Positions 48,475 through 57,340 of a stretch of DNA of 64,000 nucleotides are shown piece by piece. The position numbers were made by a program, and so were the translations under genes. The stretch is from Candidatus Marinacidobacterales bacterium (GTDB lineage Bacteria; Acidobacteriota; Vicinamibacteria; Marinacidobacterales; DATDRI01): assembly GCA_965226495.1 (NCBI GenBank), contig OZ245365.1, positions 4,280,563 to 4,344,562 on the forward strand. Direction: 5' to 3'. Position 1 is the stretch's first letter. Each line of letters begins with the position of its first letter. A model generated the notes under the pieces. That model made no database searches. It had not been told where the DNA came from and saw only the letters and a list, made by a program, of their open reading frames with translations.

Positions 48475-48646
48475 TTGGACGTCCTCCTTCGACGTGAGGT
48501 TCATATCCCGATGGACCCTCGAGCGGGAGTCTACGTTACGAGGGAGATTTCTACAATGAATGGACCCAGCAGTGAGTGCCGATCTCGATGCGGTGAGCAA
48601 CGGGATCGGCGCTAGTCCTCTAACTCACAACCTCTTGACCCAGGGG

Positions 48647-50431
48647 TCAGCCGGACTCTTCCGGCCCCCTTTTCTGCAGCGATAGGCCGAGCTCGCGGAG
48701 CTGTTCATCGGTCACCCCGGATGGCGAGCCGGTCATCAAATCGAAGGCCGAGGTGGTCTTTGGAAAAGCGATGACATCCCGAAGGCTCGTGCCGCCGGTT
48801 GCCACCATCGCCAGCCGGTCGAAGCCAACCGCAATGCCCCCGTGAGGTGGAGCACCGTACTGGAGCGCATCGAGGAAGAAACCGAACTTCATCTGTGCCT
48901 CTTCCTCTCCGATTCTCAGCGCTCGAAAAATGCGCGATTGGATATCGGCGCGATGGATACGGATGCTGCCGCTTCCCAGCTCATAGCCACAGCCGACGAT
49001 GTCATAGGCGAGGGAACGAACCGATCCCGGATCCGACTCTAGCCTGTCTAGATCATCCGGATGTGGCGAAGTAAAGGGGTGATGACTCGAGCCCCATTCC
49101 TTTCGCGTCTGGTCCCACTCGAAGAGAGGAAACTCGGTGACCCAGCACAAACCCCACGTGGACGTCTTTGTGAGATCCTCCCGCTTACCGACTTCGAGCC
49201 TCAGGGCTCCCAAAACGACGGAGGCGGCCCTCGGCTCGCCTGCAATCAGAAGCAGAAGATCGCCCGGTCCACCCTTCGCTTGCGTGAACGCTTCCTTCAA
49301 ACGCTCCTCGCCGACATGCTTCGCCAAGGGGGAGCTCAGCTCGGAGTCGGTCCACCGTGCCCAACCCATCCCGGCCGCGCCCTGCGCCTTGGCGATCTTC
49401 TCCAAGCCGTCGATATCCTTTCGAGAGTAGCCGGCACATCCGGGAGCGGCGAGCGCTCTCACCGCGCCACCGCCGGACAAAACGCCTTCGAACACTTTGT
49501 ATCCGGAGCCCGAAAAAACCGTAGAGACATCGGAGATCTCGACGCCGAAACGCAGATCGGGTTTATCGCTCCCGTAGCGGTCCATCGCCTCTGCCCACGT
49601 CAACCTCGGAAACGGGGCGCTCGCTGCGATCCCAACCTCACGAAGTATGGAAACCAACATACCTTCGACAACCTCGAAGACATCGTCCTGTTCGACGAAT
49701 GACATCTCGATGTCGATCTGTGTGAACTCCGGCTGACGATCGGCGCGAAGATCCTCATCCCGAAAGCAGCGCGCGATCTGAAAGTAACGATCGAAGCCGG
49801 CCACCATCAGGATCTGCTTGAAGAGCTGCGGAGATTGAGGTAACGCGTAGAAAGAACCCTTTTGAGTGCGGCTGGGCACTAGATAGTCCCTCGCCCCCTC
49901 CGGTGTGGACTTGGTCAGGAACGGGGTCTCTATCTCGAGGAAGCCCTCTTTTTCCAAGTGGCGTCGCGTCGCCAAGGCCAAGCGGCTGCGCGTCTGGATG
50001 TTCCGAAACAGGCTCGGGCGCCGCAAGTCCAGAAAACGATACCTCAACCGAAGCTCTTCGCCGACGTTCACCTCATCGTTGGGAACAAAGGGCGGAGTCT
50101 TCGACTCGGAGAGAACACGGAGCTCACTGGCTGCCACTTCAATCTCGCCGGTGGCCAAGCGCGGGTTGACGGACTCTTTGCCTCTCAATACGACGGTGCC
50201 GCGTGCCGCGATAACCCATTCCGAGCCCACTCGCTTCGCCAACTCGGACGCTTCTTGACTCGCTTCCGGTCGCACCAAGATTTGAGTAACTCCCTCGCGA
50301 TCGCGGAGATCGATGAACGAGATCCCTCCTAGGTCACGGACACCATTCACCCATCCCATGAGCACGACTTCGCTCCCGGAATCCGAGGCGCTGAGCGCGC
50401 CGCAAGAGTGCGTACGCTTCCAACTAGTCAT
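48647..50431 (-). CDS. aspS: Aspartate--tRNA ligase. The start is placed at MTSWKRTHSCG, which gives an ATGA overlap with the upstream gene.
   Basis: OB-fold anticodon-binding domain (VVLMGWVNGVRDLGGISFIDLRDREG) and class II motifs (FRDEDLRADRQPEFTQID, GGIAVGFDRL). The ORF-track N-terminal 87 aa are an Arg/Ser/Gly-rich non-protein-like extension. Confidence 0.93.
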   Translation of the reverse strand: MTSWKRTHSCGALSASDSGSEVVLMGWVNGVRDLGGISFIDLRDREGVTQILVRPEASQEASELAKRVGSEWVIAARGTVVLRGKESVNPRLATGEIEVAASELRVLSESKTPPFVPNDEVNVGEELRLRYRFLDLRRPSLFRNIQTRSRLALATRRHLEKEGFLEIETPFLTKSTPEGARDYLVPSRTQKGSFYALPQSPQLFKQILMVAGFDRYFQIARCFRDEDLRADRQPEFTQIDIEMSFVEQDDVFEVVEGMLVSILREVGIAASAPFPRLTWAEAMDRYGSDKPDLRFGVEISDVSTVFSGSGYKVFEGVLSGGGAVRALAAPGCAGYSRKDIDGLEKIAKAQGAAGMGWARWTDSELSSPLAKHVGEERLKEAFTQAKGGPGDLLLLIAGEPRAASVVLGALRLEVGKREDLTKTSTWGLCWVTEFPLFEWDQTRKEWGSSHHPFTSPHPDDLDRLESDPGSVRSLAYDIVGCGYELGSGSIRIHRADIQSRIFRALRIGEEEAQMKFGFFLDALQYGAPPHGGIAVGFDRLAMVATGGTSLRDVIAFPKTTSAFDLMTGSPSGVTDEQLRELGLSLQKRGPEESG

Positions 50432-50955
50432 TTCGAAGTCGAGGGAGAAGTCGAGAGGTATTTGTTCTTGAGCTCGACGTAGTGCTTCGCCGAGTACACC
50501 AGGTGCTCGAGCTCGGCTTCGGTCAAAGACCTCGTCACGCGTGCGGGAACTCCGCGAGCCAGACTGCGGGGAGGGATCTCTGTTCCCGGCCCCACGACGG
50601 CTCCCGCAGCCACGAGAGACTCCGGACCTACCTTGGCGCCGTCCAGAACGATCGCTCCCATGCCGATGAGGGAACCCTTCATGATGTGACAACCGTGCAA
50701 GATCGCACGATGCCCAACTGTGACATCGTCTTCTACGACGGTGGCGTGAGTTCCCTCGTTGACGTGAATCACGGTCAGATCTTGAATGTTCGTTCGTGCG
50801 CCTATGCGAATGTAATGAACGTCACCACGTATCACCGCTCCGAACCATACACTCACATCCTCACCGAGCTCAACGTCTCCAATCACTTGAGCGTTCGGCG
50901 CAACAAAGACACGCTCACCGCGCCGGGGGTGCTTATCCCCGAAGGGCGTAATCAA
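50428..50955 (-). CDS. Gamma-carbonic-anhydrase-family protein (hexapeptide repeat; YrdA/PaaY-like)
   Basis: Left-handed beta-helix hexapeptide repeats with conserved His residues (IRGDVHYIRIG, VIHV, GHRAILHGC). Confidence 0.85.
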   Translation of the reverse strand: MITPFGDKHPRRGERVFVAPNAQVIGDVELGEDVSVWFGAVIRGDVHYIRIGARTNIQDLTVIHVNEGTHATVVEDDVTVGHRAILHGCHIMKGSLIGMGAIVLDGAKVGPESLVAAGAVVGPGTEIPPRSLARGVPARVTRSLTEAELEHLVYSAKHYVELKNKYLSTSPSTSK

Positions 50956-50958
50956 TAT

Positions 50959-51819
50959 TTATCCTCCTTCTACGGAACGAAGCCAGAGGAGACCTCGTGG
51001 AAAATCGTAAGTAACGGATAGGTAGCGGAGTACCGGAGTCCCAAGTACTCCCACCGGCAGCCCGAGGTAGGGCATCTTGTCCATATCGCCGAGCTCGAAG
51101 GTCACCTTTTCGGTCGTAAACCCCCCAACCGTCAATTTTCCGATCTCCACTCCGACCGCCTTCTTCTCGGCCAGGCCCTGCTTGCGGGCCCATTTGGAGT
51201 CGAGAAAGTTGATGGGCGCGGTGGCGTCGACGACGAAGTAGGCCGAGATCGAGCCATTAATAATGACCTCTACATTAATAGTATTGAGCTCTTGTTCGAA
51301 GAAAACGCCGCCCGCCGGCACATCCGGGCTTTCTGGAGAAGGCTCCAGAAGTAAGAGCTCGCGAGGGTAGTGGATCGTGAGTCGGAACGGGTTGAGGAAC
51401 GCCCTGCCGATCCTACCGTAGGTGGGATATCCGTCGGCTCGCGTGATGTTGTCCCCTTCCATCAGGAGGGCCCGAATACCCTTGATGCCGACGTTGCCGA
51501 TTTCGAGAGTGTCCAAATACACCACCGGGAGCTTTTCTTTCTCGCCTAGATACTCGATCTCTTGGGTCTCGTTTCGGCTCGCGAGCTGCATGCCGCTGCC
51601 TTCGATGAGAAAACCATCGAGCAGAACGTCGGGAACCGACGGATCGAGGAGAAGTGGGAACCTTTCACTGCCGTTGACCTGCACTGGAACGATCGGCACT
51701 GCCAAGTTCGGAATCATCTCGAAACGGATCCAAGTAGGAGCTTCGGTTTGTGCTCCTGACACCGCCATCGCCGCGAAGACGGCGCAAGCGATGGTGCAGG
51801 AAATCTTCTTCTTAATCAC
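50959..51819 (-). CDS. Secreted hypothetical protein with weak retropepsin-like aspartyl-peptidase resemblance. It starts with a GTG that overlaps the czcD stop (GTGA).
   Basis: Signal peptide (KKKISCTIACAVFAAMAVSGAQT). Two D-(P/A)-(S/T)-like segments (LLLDPSVPDV, FVVDATAPINFL) are only loosely DTG-like. Confidence 0.45.
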   Translation of the reverse strand: MIKKKISCTIACAVFAAMAVSGAQTEAPTWIRFEMIPNLAVPIVPVQVNGSERFPLLLDPSVPDVLLDGFLIEGSGMQLASRNETQEIEYLGEKEKLPVVYLDTLEIGNVGIKGIRALLMEGDNITRADGYPTYGRIGRAFLNPFRLTIHYPRELLLLEPSPESPDVPAGGVFFEQELNTINVEVIINGSISAYFVVDATAPINFLDSKWARKQGLAEKKAVGVEIGKLTVGGFTTEKVTFELGDMDKMPYLGLPVGVLGTPVLRYLSVTYDFPRGLLWLRSVEGG

Positions 51820-52757
51820 CCGGACGAATCCTTCTTGGGGTTCGAAATGATCTCGACACCCGTCAGTAGCTCGTCGACTGTCCTTCCCCGCTGGCACTCG
51901 AACTGAAAGGTCGTGTGGTTGATGGTGAATTGCTCTTTCAAGAATTCCTCCGCTTGCTGGGCTAGTTTTTCGGTCTCGCTTACCCTCAGGTCGTCGACAT
52001 CCAGGTGCGCCGAGAGCGCATACATCCCGGAGGTGATGCACCAAACGTGCAAGTGGTGCACGCCCCGGATACCCGGGATTCCCCGCAAACCGTCGATCAC
52101 CTCCTGCATCTTAACGTCGCGCGGTGTCGCTTCGAGCAAGATTTCTACCGCATCCCAGACGAGACGGAGGGCCCAGAAAAGGATCACCGTGCAAATGACG
52201 ACCGAGAGAAGAGGGTCGATGACCGTCCATCCGGTCAGCGAAATGACCACCGCGCCCGCGATGACCGCCACCGAAGAAAATGTATCGGTGAGCAGATGGA
52301 AGAACGCGCCTTTGATGTTGAGATCCTTGTGCTTGGCGCCGCCGAGTATGGCCGCTCCTATCAGGTTGACCACCAGGCCGAGAACCGCGATAAGAAGTAA
52401 CGGACCGGTGGCGATCGGTACGGGGTTGAAGAAACGATCGTACGCCTCGTAAAAGATGACGATCGAAATTACGAAAAGGGTGGCCCCGTTGAAGAGAGCA
52501 GCTAGTATTTCCAAGCGATTGAGGCCGTAGGTGCGCCGGTCGGTAGCCGGCCGCTCGGAAAACAACACCGCCAAGTAGGAGACCCCAAGAGCCAGCAAGT
52601 GGGTGAACATGTGGCCGGCATCCGAAAGAAGGGCCAGGGAGTTAGTGAGAAAACCTCCCACTGCTTCGACGACGAAGGCGGCGCCAGTCAAAACCATCGT
52701 CCACATCAGCCGGCGCCGGTTTTGGACGCGGTGGTGGGTGCTGAATCCGGGGCTCAT
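51816..52757 (-). CDS. czcD: Cation diffusion facilitator transporter (CzcD/ZitB-like). The start is placed at MSPGFSTHH.
   Basis: 6 TM helices, the TM2/TM5 metal-site motifs (SDAGHMFTH, FHLLTD) and a C-terminal cytoplasmic domain. An ATG at 52757 was verified. Confidence 0.88.
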   Translation of the reverse strand: MSPGFSTHHRVQNRRRLMWTMVLTGAAFVVEAVGGFLTNSLALLSDAGHMFTHLLALGVSYLAVLFSERPATDRRTYGLNRLEILAALFNGATLFVISIVIFYEAYDRFFNPVPIATGPLLLIAVLGLVVNLIGAAILGGAKHKDLNIKGAFFHLLTDTFSSVAVIAGAVVISLTGWTVIDPLLSVVICTVILFWALRLVWDAVEILLEATPRDVKMQEVIDGLRGIPGIRGVHHLHVWCITSGMYALSAHLDVDDLRVSETEKLAQQAEEFLKEQFTINHTTFQFECQRGRTVDELLTGVEIISNPKKDSSG

Positions 52758-52930
52758 GGGAATACTCTCGAGGAACGATAACAAACTTAGTTGTTGACCG
52801 GCCAGTGGTTTCTGGTCGGCGGGCCGCCGGGCGGAAGGAATTGGCTCAGCGAATTGCGGTGCCAAGGGAACCCGCCCGTGGTTTTCGGCTCGAGCACAGC
52901 CGTGAGCCGATGCGGAGTCGCGTAGTCGAT

Positions 52931-53760
52931 GGAGCATCAGGCGTGGGGGTGGGGCCCCGCGCCATTAATCAAAGAGCGAGAGCCGCGTCTGGGGGTGGGG
53001 CCCCAGGCGACTGATTGATTTCCGCGAGCGCTAATAACAGCCTTGAGCCCGAGCGTAGCGCGAGCGGAGCGAGTCGCGAAGCGAGTAGCGAGTGGGGGTG
53101 GGGTCCCCGCGAGCGCTGATACAGATGAGATTTAGTGGGAAACAGTCGATGCCGGCTCTTGAAACCAACCGAAGCTCTGAAGTGACTGGATTGCCCTTTG
53201 ACCCAAGGGCAGTTCGGCATCGGGACGGTCCGCCTGTCCGGCCTGTCCGGCCTGTCCGCCTGTCCCGTTGATGCCGCCAAGGAAAGGGGTACCTCCCACA
53301 GCCATCGCTCCACCAGGAACTCCAAGTAAGCCGAGCGTGCGAGGACTTCTTCTACTTCTAGCCAGTCGCGCTTCGGTATCGCTTGAGCCATCGCTGCACC
53401 TCTTGTCACTTCGTCTTTCACCCATAGGCAAAGCAAGACATATGCCAGAAGGTGAAAACGGCAGGAAGACAGACTGCAACTCATTGAAAGCAAACGGATT
53501 TTAATCCATCTGCAAACGTTAGGTGAGGACCTACGCGACGAGCGGGATGTCCCCTTTTTTTTACAGCCAGGGACAAAAAGTTTGCGTATCTTTCAATAGC
53601 AGCCCTGAGCCCGAGCGCAGCGCGAACGCAGTGAGTCGCGGAGCGAGTAGCGAGCGGGGAGAGCCTTCAGCCGTCGCGCAGGTACCGGTTGCCGAAGCGA
53701 CGAGCATGGGGGTGGGGCCCCGTGCAACTGAGAGATTGCGGTCCCCGCGAGCGCTAATAA
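52931..53760. repeat. Repeat-rich non-coding region. It contains four GGGGGTGGGG(N)CCCC hairpin/G-tract units, two ~75-bp direct copies of a (GAGCG/AGCGAG)-rich unit flanked by GCGAGCGCTAATAA, and a (GGCCTGTCC)x4 tandem repeat.
   Basis: The G-tract/hairpin units are at 52934-52948, 52981-52994, 53084-53099 and 53698-53711. The 75-bp unit is at 53013-53090 and 53587-53650 (same orientation, ~85% identity). The 9-mer tandem repeat is at 53218-53256. No protein-like ORF is present. Confidence 0.75.
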
Positions 53761-55916
53761 AAGCCTTTGCCGGATTTCGCTCTCCGAACCAAGGAATCCG
53801 GAGGCTGAAAGCGACTCCCGAAACTTCCTTCTCGGGCGCGGAGTCTATCCACTAGGACGGAAAGACCTACCGAGTCCGCGTAACGAAGCAGTCCCCCGCG
53901 GAAGGGCGGGAACCCGATGCCCATGACCATGGCTAGATCGAGCTCCTCCGGGCTTCTCACCACGTTCTCCTCGAGAGCGCGTGCCGCTTCGGTGATCATC
54001 GAGTCGACGGAACGTTCCACCGCCTCCTTCGAGTCGATGGAACGACGTGTTTCGATCCCGAGCAGCTCGAGCACGTCGGGGGCCGGTCTGGGTTTCTTGT
54101 CCTCATAGATATAGAGTCCACTCCCGGTCTTCTTGCCGAGCCTTTTCGAGGCCGCGAGCTTGCCGATGACTCCTGCCGGCGCCGCCCGATCTCCGTATGC
54201 GGCAGCTAATACTTTGCTCGCCTTATCCGCCACGTCGATTCCGACTTCGTCCAGCAGGCGAAGTGGCCCCATCGGCATACCGAACTCGACGAGCGCTCGA
54301 TCGATCCCCTCGATGTCACCCGTCTCTAATAAAAGATGACAGGCCTCGTTCAGGTAAGGTCCGAGCACTCGGTTCACCAAGAACCCGGGGCCGTCGGCGA
54401 CCACGACCGGCGTCTTGCCTAACCGCTTAGCCAAAGCGACGAACGCGGCAACCGTTTTATCGCTCGTCGCCTCGCCACGGATCACTTCGATCAACGGCAT
54501 GCGATCGACAGGGTTGAAGAAGTGGAAACCGGCCATGCGCTCTGGCAGGCCCAACCCGCTCTGCAAGTCGGTTATAGGAAGCGTCGAGGTGTTGGACCCG
54601 ATGAGGCAGGTATCGGAGATCTCGGGCTCGAGCTCTTCGAGCACCTTTTTCTTGATCTTCATGTCTTCGATGATCGCCTCGAGAACGACATCGGCCCGTG
54701 AGAAACCGCTCCAGTCCAACGTCGGGCTGATGAGACTCATCTTCTTGTCGAGCCCCCAAGCGTTCATGCGCCCACGCTTCGCTCGCCGATCATAGATTCG
54801 ACGGGCAGCGGCCAAACCAGCTCCCAGAGCCTCCGGACGCACGTCCTTGAAACGGACCGGTATGTCCCGCGAGGAGAGAGCCCAGGCCATCCCTCCGCCC
54901 ATGGTTCCCGCGCCGAGAAGTCCCGCCGCCCGCACTTCCCCGACTTTAGCGACAGACTCGACCGATTTCTCGACACCCGGGTCCTTTTTCGCCTTCTCGG
55001 TCAAGAAGAAGAGATGAACCAAATTCTTCGAGACCGGGCCGACCAGGAGCTCGCTCAGAGCCTCCGCCTCCAATTCGAACGCTCCTTCGAGCTTCATCGC
55101 TAAACCGCGGCGGATGACTTCCAATGCCTTGAATGGTGCCGGATAGTGTCCCTGACTTCGCGCGAGAACTTTCTTGCGAGCCTGCTGGAAGACGACGGCG
55201 CGTCCCAGTGGGTTTCCCTCCAGCAACCAACCGCCGAGTCCGCGCGCCCTTCGCGCCACCTTCTTTCGAAAACGTCCCTGTCGACGAAGCTTCCGAACCA
55301 GCTCCACGGCGTGCTTGTCGATCTCGGTATGCGGCACGGCTCGATCGATAAGACCGATTCTTGCGGCTTTTTTGGCATCGATGTTTCGACCGGTGAGAAT
55401 GAGCTCCAACGCCTGCTGTAGCCCCACCAAGCGGGGAAGACGCGTCGACCCACCCCAGGCCGGGATGATCCCCAGGTTCACCTCGGGAAGCCCCATGCCG
55501 AAACGCGGGTGATCGGTCCCCAACCGCCCGTGACAAGCCAGCGCGAGCTCTGTGCCGCCACCCACGCAAACGCCGTCGATGGCGGCAACTGCTGGAAACG
55601 GAAGATCCTGGATTTTTTGGAAGATCTCGTGTCCTACGCGTGAGGCTTTGATGGCATCTTCTCGACGGGTGATCGCTTGGATCTCCTTGACATCGGCGCC
55701 CGCAATGAAGATGCCCTCCTTGGCAGAGCGAATGACGACGCCTTCGAGGTCGCTACGCCGCGCGAGATCGCTCAAGGTCTCGGCCAGCGACGTCATCACG
55801 GAGGACGAGAGTTTATTGACCTTCTCTCCAGGCAGGTCCAGAGTTAGCCAGCCGATCCCGTCTTCGACCGTCAGTTCGAGGGCCCCGTTTGCGACCTTCG
55901 ATGTAGCGGAGCTCAT
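53754..55916 (-). CDS. fadJ: Fatty-acid oxidation multifunctional protein: enoyl-CoA hydratase / 3-hydroxyacyl-CoA dehydrogenase (FadJ/FadB-like)
   Basis: N-terminal crotonase fold, a central NAD-binding 3HCDH domain (GAGTMGGGMA) and a C-terminal 3HCDH repeat. 720 aa. Confidence 0.9.
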   Translation of the reverse strand: MSSATSKVANGALELTVEDGIGWLTLDLPGEKVNKLSSSVMTSLAETLSDLARRSDLEGVVIRSAKEGIFIAGADVKEIQAITRREDAIKASRVGHEIFQKIQDLPFPAVAAIDGVCVGGGTELALACHGRLGTDHPRFGMGLPEVNLGIIPAWGGSTRLPRLVGLQQALELILTGRNIDAKKAARIGLIDRAVPHTEIDKHAVELVRKLRRQGRFRKKVARRARGLGGWLLEGNPLGRAVVFQQARKKVLARSQGHYPAPFKALEVIRRGLAMKLEGAFELEAEALSELLVGPVSKNLVHLFFLTEKAKKDPGVEKSVESVAKVGEVRAAGLLGAGTMGGGMAWALSSRDIPVRFKDVRPEALGAGLAAARRIYDRRAKRGRMNAWGLDKKMSLISPTLDWSGFSRADVVLEAIIEDMKIKKKVLEELEPEISDTCLIGSNTSTLPITDLQSGLGLPERMAGFHFFNPVDRMPLIEVIRGEATSDKTVAAFVALAKRLGKTPVVVADGPGFLVNRVLGPYLNEACHLLLETGDIEGIDRALVEFGMPMGPLRLLDEVGIDVADKASKVLAAAYGDRAAPAGVIGKLAASKRLGKKTGSGLYIYEDKKPRPAPDVLELLGIETRRSIDSKEAVERSVDSMITEAARALEENVVRSPEELDLAMVMGIGFPPFRGGLLRYADSVGLSVLVDRLRAREGSFGSRFQPPDSLVRRAKSGKGFY

Positions 55917-56044
55917 TCCCCTAGAACAACTTCCCGTTATCCAATCGGAGAGTATAGCAGCCTACACACCTCCAGCGAGGTTCCCTTGCCCGAAAGCGCA
56001 TGCGGGTGGATAATAGAAGACACGGTTTTTTATCTGTTGTGGCA

Positions 56045-57223
56045 ATGAAAAAATCCCGCGATTCCCAACGAATGATCAGCCCTATTACGGGCGAGCCGGT
56101 CCAGGGTCTGTTCTCTGAAGAGGAACGGACCACCGGTCTGGCGCGGTTCAAGGAGATCCTCAAAGACCTGGGCTCAGAATTCGTCCAGTGGGTCAAGAAC
56201 CCCCGCTCGTCCGATGTGGCGCTGAGCCCCCTCACCGGCGACCGGATGGATGAGCGCCGCTCGGACGAGGATCAGACGAAGGGAGTGGCGCGGCTCTCTG
56301 AAATCGCCCGCGATCTGTTCTCGGAGTTCCGCCAGTGGATCAAGGACCCGCGCGCTTCTGATCCGGCGCGCAGCCCGCTGACCGGCGCCGCCCGGGCGGA
56401 CCTCTTCGCGGTCGAGAGCGAGAGCAAACGAGCCCTCGGATCTCTGGGCGGAGCCTTCGGCGTCTACCTAGGGGTTGCGTTCGTCTACATCCTGTTGCTA
56501 GTCGTCCTCCGCTGGATGCCGGACGGGCCGAACCGCCCCATCGAGGTCAATCTCCCTAACCTCGTGTTCCTGGTCGAGCCGGGACCGGGAGGTGGCGGAG
56601 GCGGGGGCGGCAGTGAATCTCCCGAACCGATCTCCGCTCTGAAAATTGAAGGGGAGGACCAGGCTAAACAGGCCATCGATATCCTCGACGAGGACCAGCT
56701 CGTCTTCGAGGAAGAAAAAAAGAAAGAGGAAGAGCCGCCGGTCGAGGAGGAAGAAGAGAAAAGAGAGATCAAGGCCCCGATCGTGGAAATGTCTCCCGAC
56801 GATATGGACCAAACGGGGGAGATCGATTCCCCTGAGCAGCTGGTGGCGTCCGCCGGACCCAAATCGGGCAACGGTATGGGAGAAGGCGTAGGCTCCGGAA
56901 TCGGCGAAGGTGAAGGCGGAGGCTTCGGTGGCGGGGCGTATCGATTGGGAACCGGCGTCGTTCCTCCCACGCTTCAACGCCAGGTCCGACCCTCCTATAC
57001 CGATGAGGCGCTCGCCCGCAAAATTCAAGGAAGCGTGGAGCTCGAAGTGGTTATCCTTTCCAACGGAACGGTGGGGCCGATCCGGATTATAAGAAGCCTC
57101 GATCGTGGCCTGGATCTAAAAGCCATCGAAGCGGTAAGACAATGGAAATTCAGGCCGGGCCTCTTTCAAAGCAAGCCCGTGGATGTACTCGCCGTAATTA
57201 CCGTCGACTTTACTTTGTTGTAA
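56045..57223 (+). CDS. TonB-family energy transducer with an internally duplicated N-terminal cytoplasmic segment
   Basis: TonB C-terminal domain (YTDEALARKIQGSVELEVVILSNGTVGPIRIIRSLDRGLDLKAIEAVRQWKFRP), an acidic/Pro/Lys-rich linker and a TM helix. The N-terminal ~45-aa repeat is ARFKEILKDLGSEFVQWVKNPRSSD...SPLTGD / ARLSEIARDLFSEFRQWIKDPRASD...SPLTGA. Confidence 0.75.
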   Translation: MKKSRDSQRMISPITGEPVQGLFSEEERTTGLARFKEILKDLGSEFVQWVKNPRSSDVALSPLTGDRMDERRSDEDQTKGVARLSEIARDLFSEFRQWIKDPRASDPARSPLTGAARADLFAVESESKRALGSLGGAFGVYLGVAFVYILLLVVLRWMPDGPNRPIEVNLPNLVFLVEPGPGGGGGGGGSESPEPISALKIEGEDQAKQAIDILDEDQLVFEEEKKKEEEPPVEEEEEKREIKAPIVEMSPDDMDQTGEIDSPEQLVASAGPKSGNGMGEGVGSGIGEGEGGGFGGGAYRLGTGVVPPTLQRQVRPSYTDEALARKIQGSVELEVVILSNGTVGPIRIIRSLDRGLDLKAIEAVRQWKFRPGLFQSKPVDVLAVITVDFTLL

Positions 57224-57224
57224 G

Positions 57225-57340
57225 AAGGAACCCCTCACCCCAGCCCTCTCCCCAAAGGGGAGAGGGTGACTTTAGTTGAAGTTGGCTTCCTTCCGTTTTC
57301 CCTCTCCCTCTGGGAGAGGGTAGGGTGAGGGCCGACCTTA
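57225..57340. repeat. REP-like element pair between convergent genes. It has an inverted-orientation copy (CCCCTCACCCCAGCCCTCTCCCC-aaa-GGGGAGAGGG) and a direct copy (GGCTTCCTTCCGTTTTCCCTCTCCC-tct-GGGAGAGGGTAGGGTGAGGG).
   Basis: Read directly from the sequence. The leader GGCTTCCTTCC-TTTT-CCCTCTCCCC is shared with 37107-37140. The hairpin plus G4 motif is shared with 37193-37228. Confidence 0.7.

Noticed and set aside
52931-53760. Possible CRISPR array or retron in the repeat-rich czcD-fadJ spacer
   Set aside because: The repeats are not regularly spaced and do not alternate with unique spacers of uniform length. No cas, RT or integrase gene is adjacent. The region is kept as an unexplained repeat region, not called as a CRISPR array.
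53523-53855. 110-aa plus-strand ORF inside the repeat region
   Set aside because: Its translation is low-complexity and spans the repeat units (GAGCG-rich). It has no start context or homology. It is judged non-coding.
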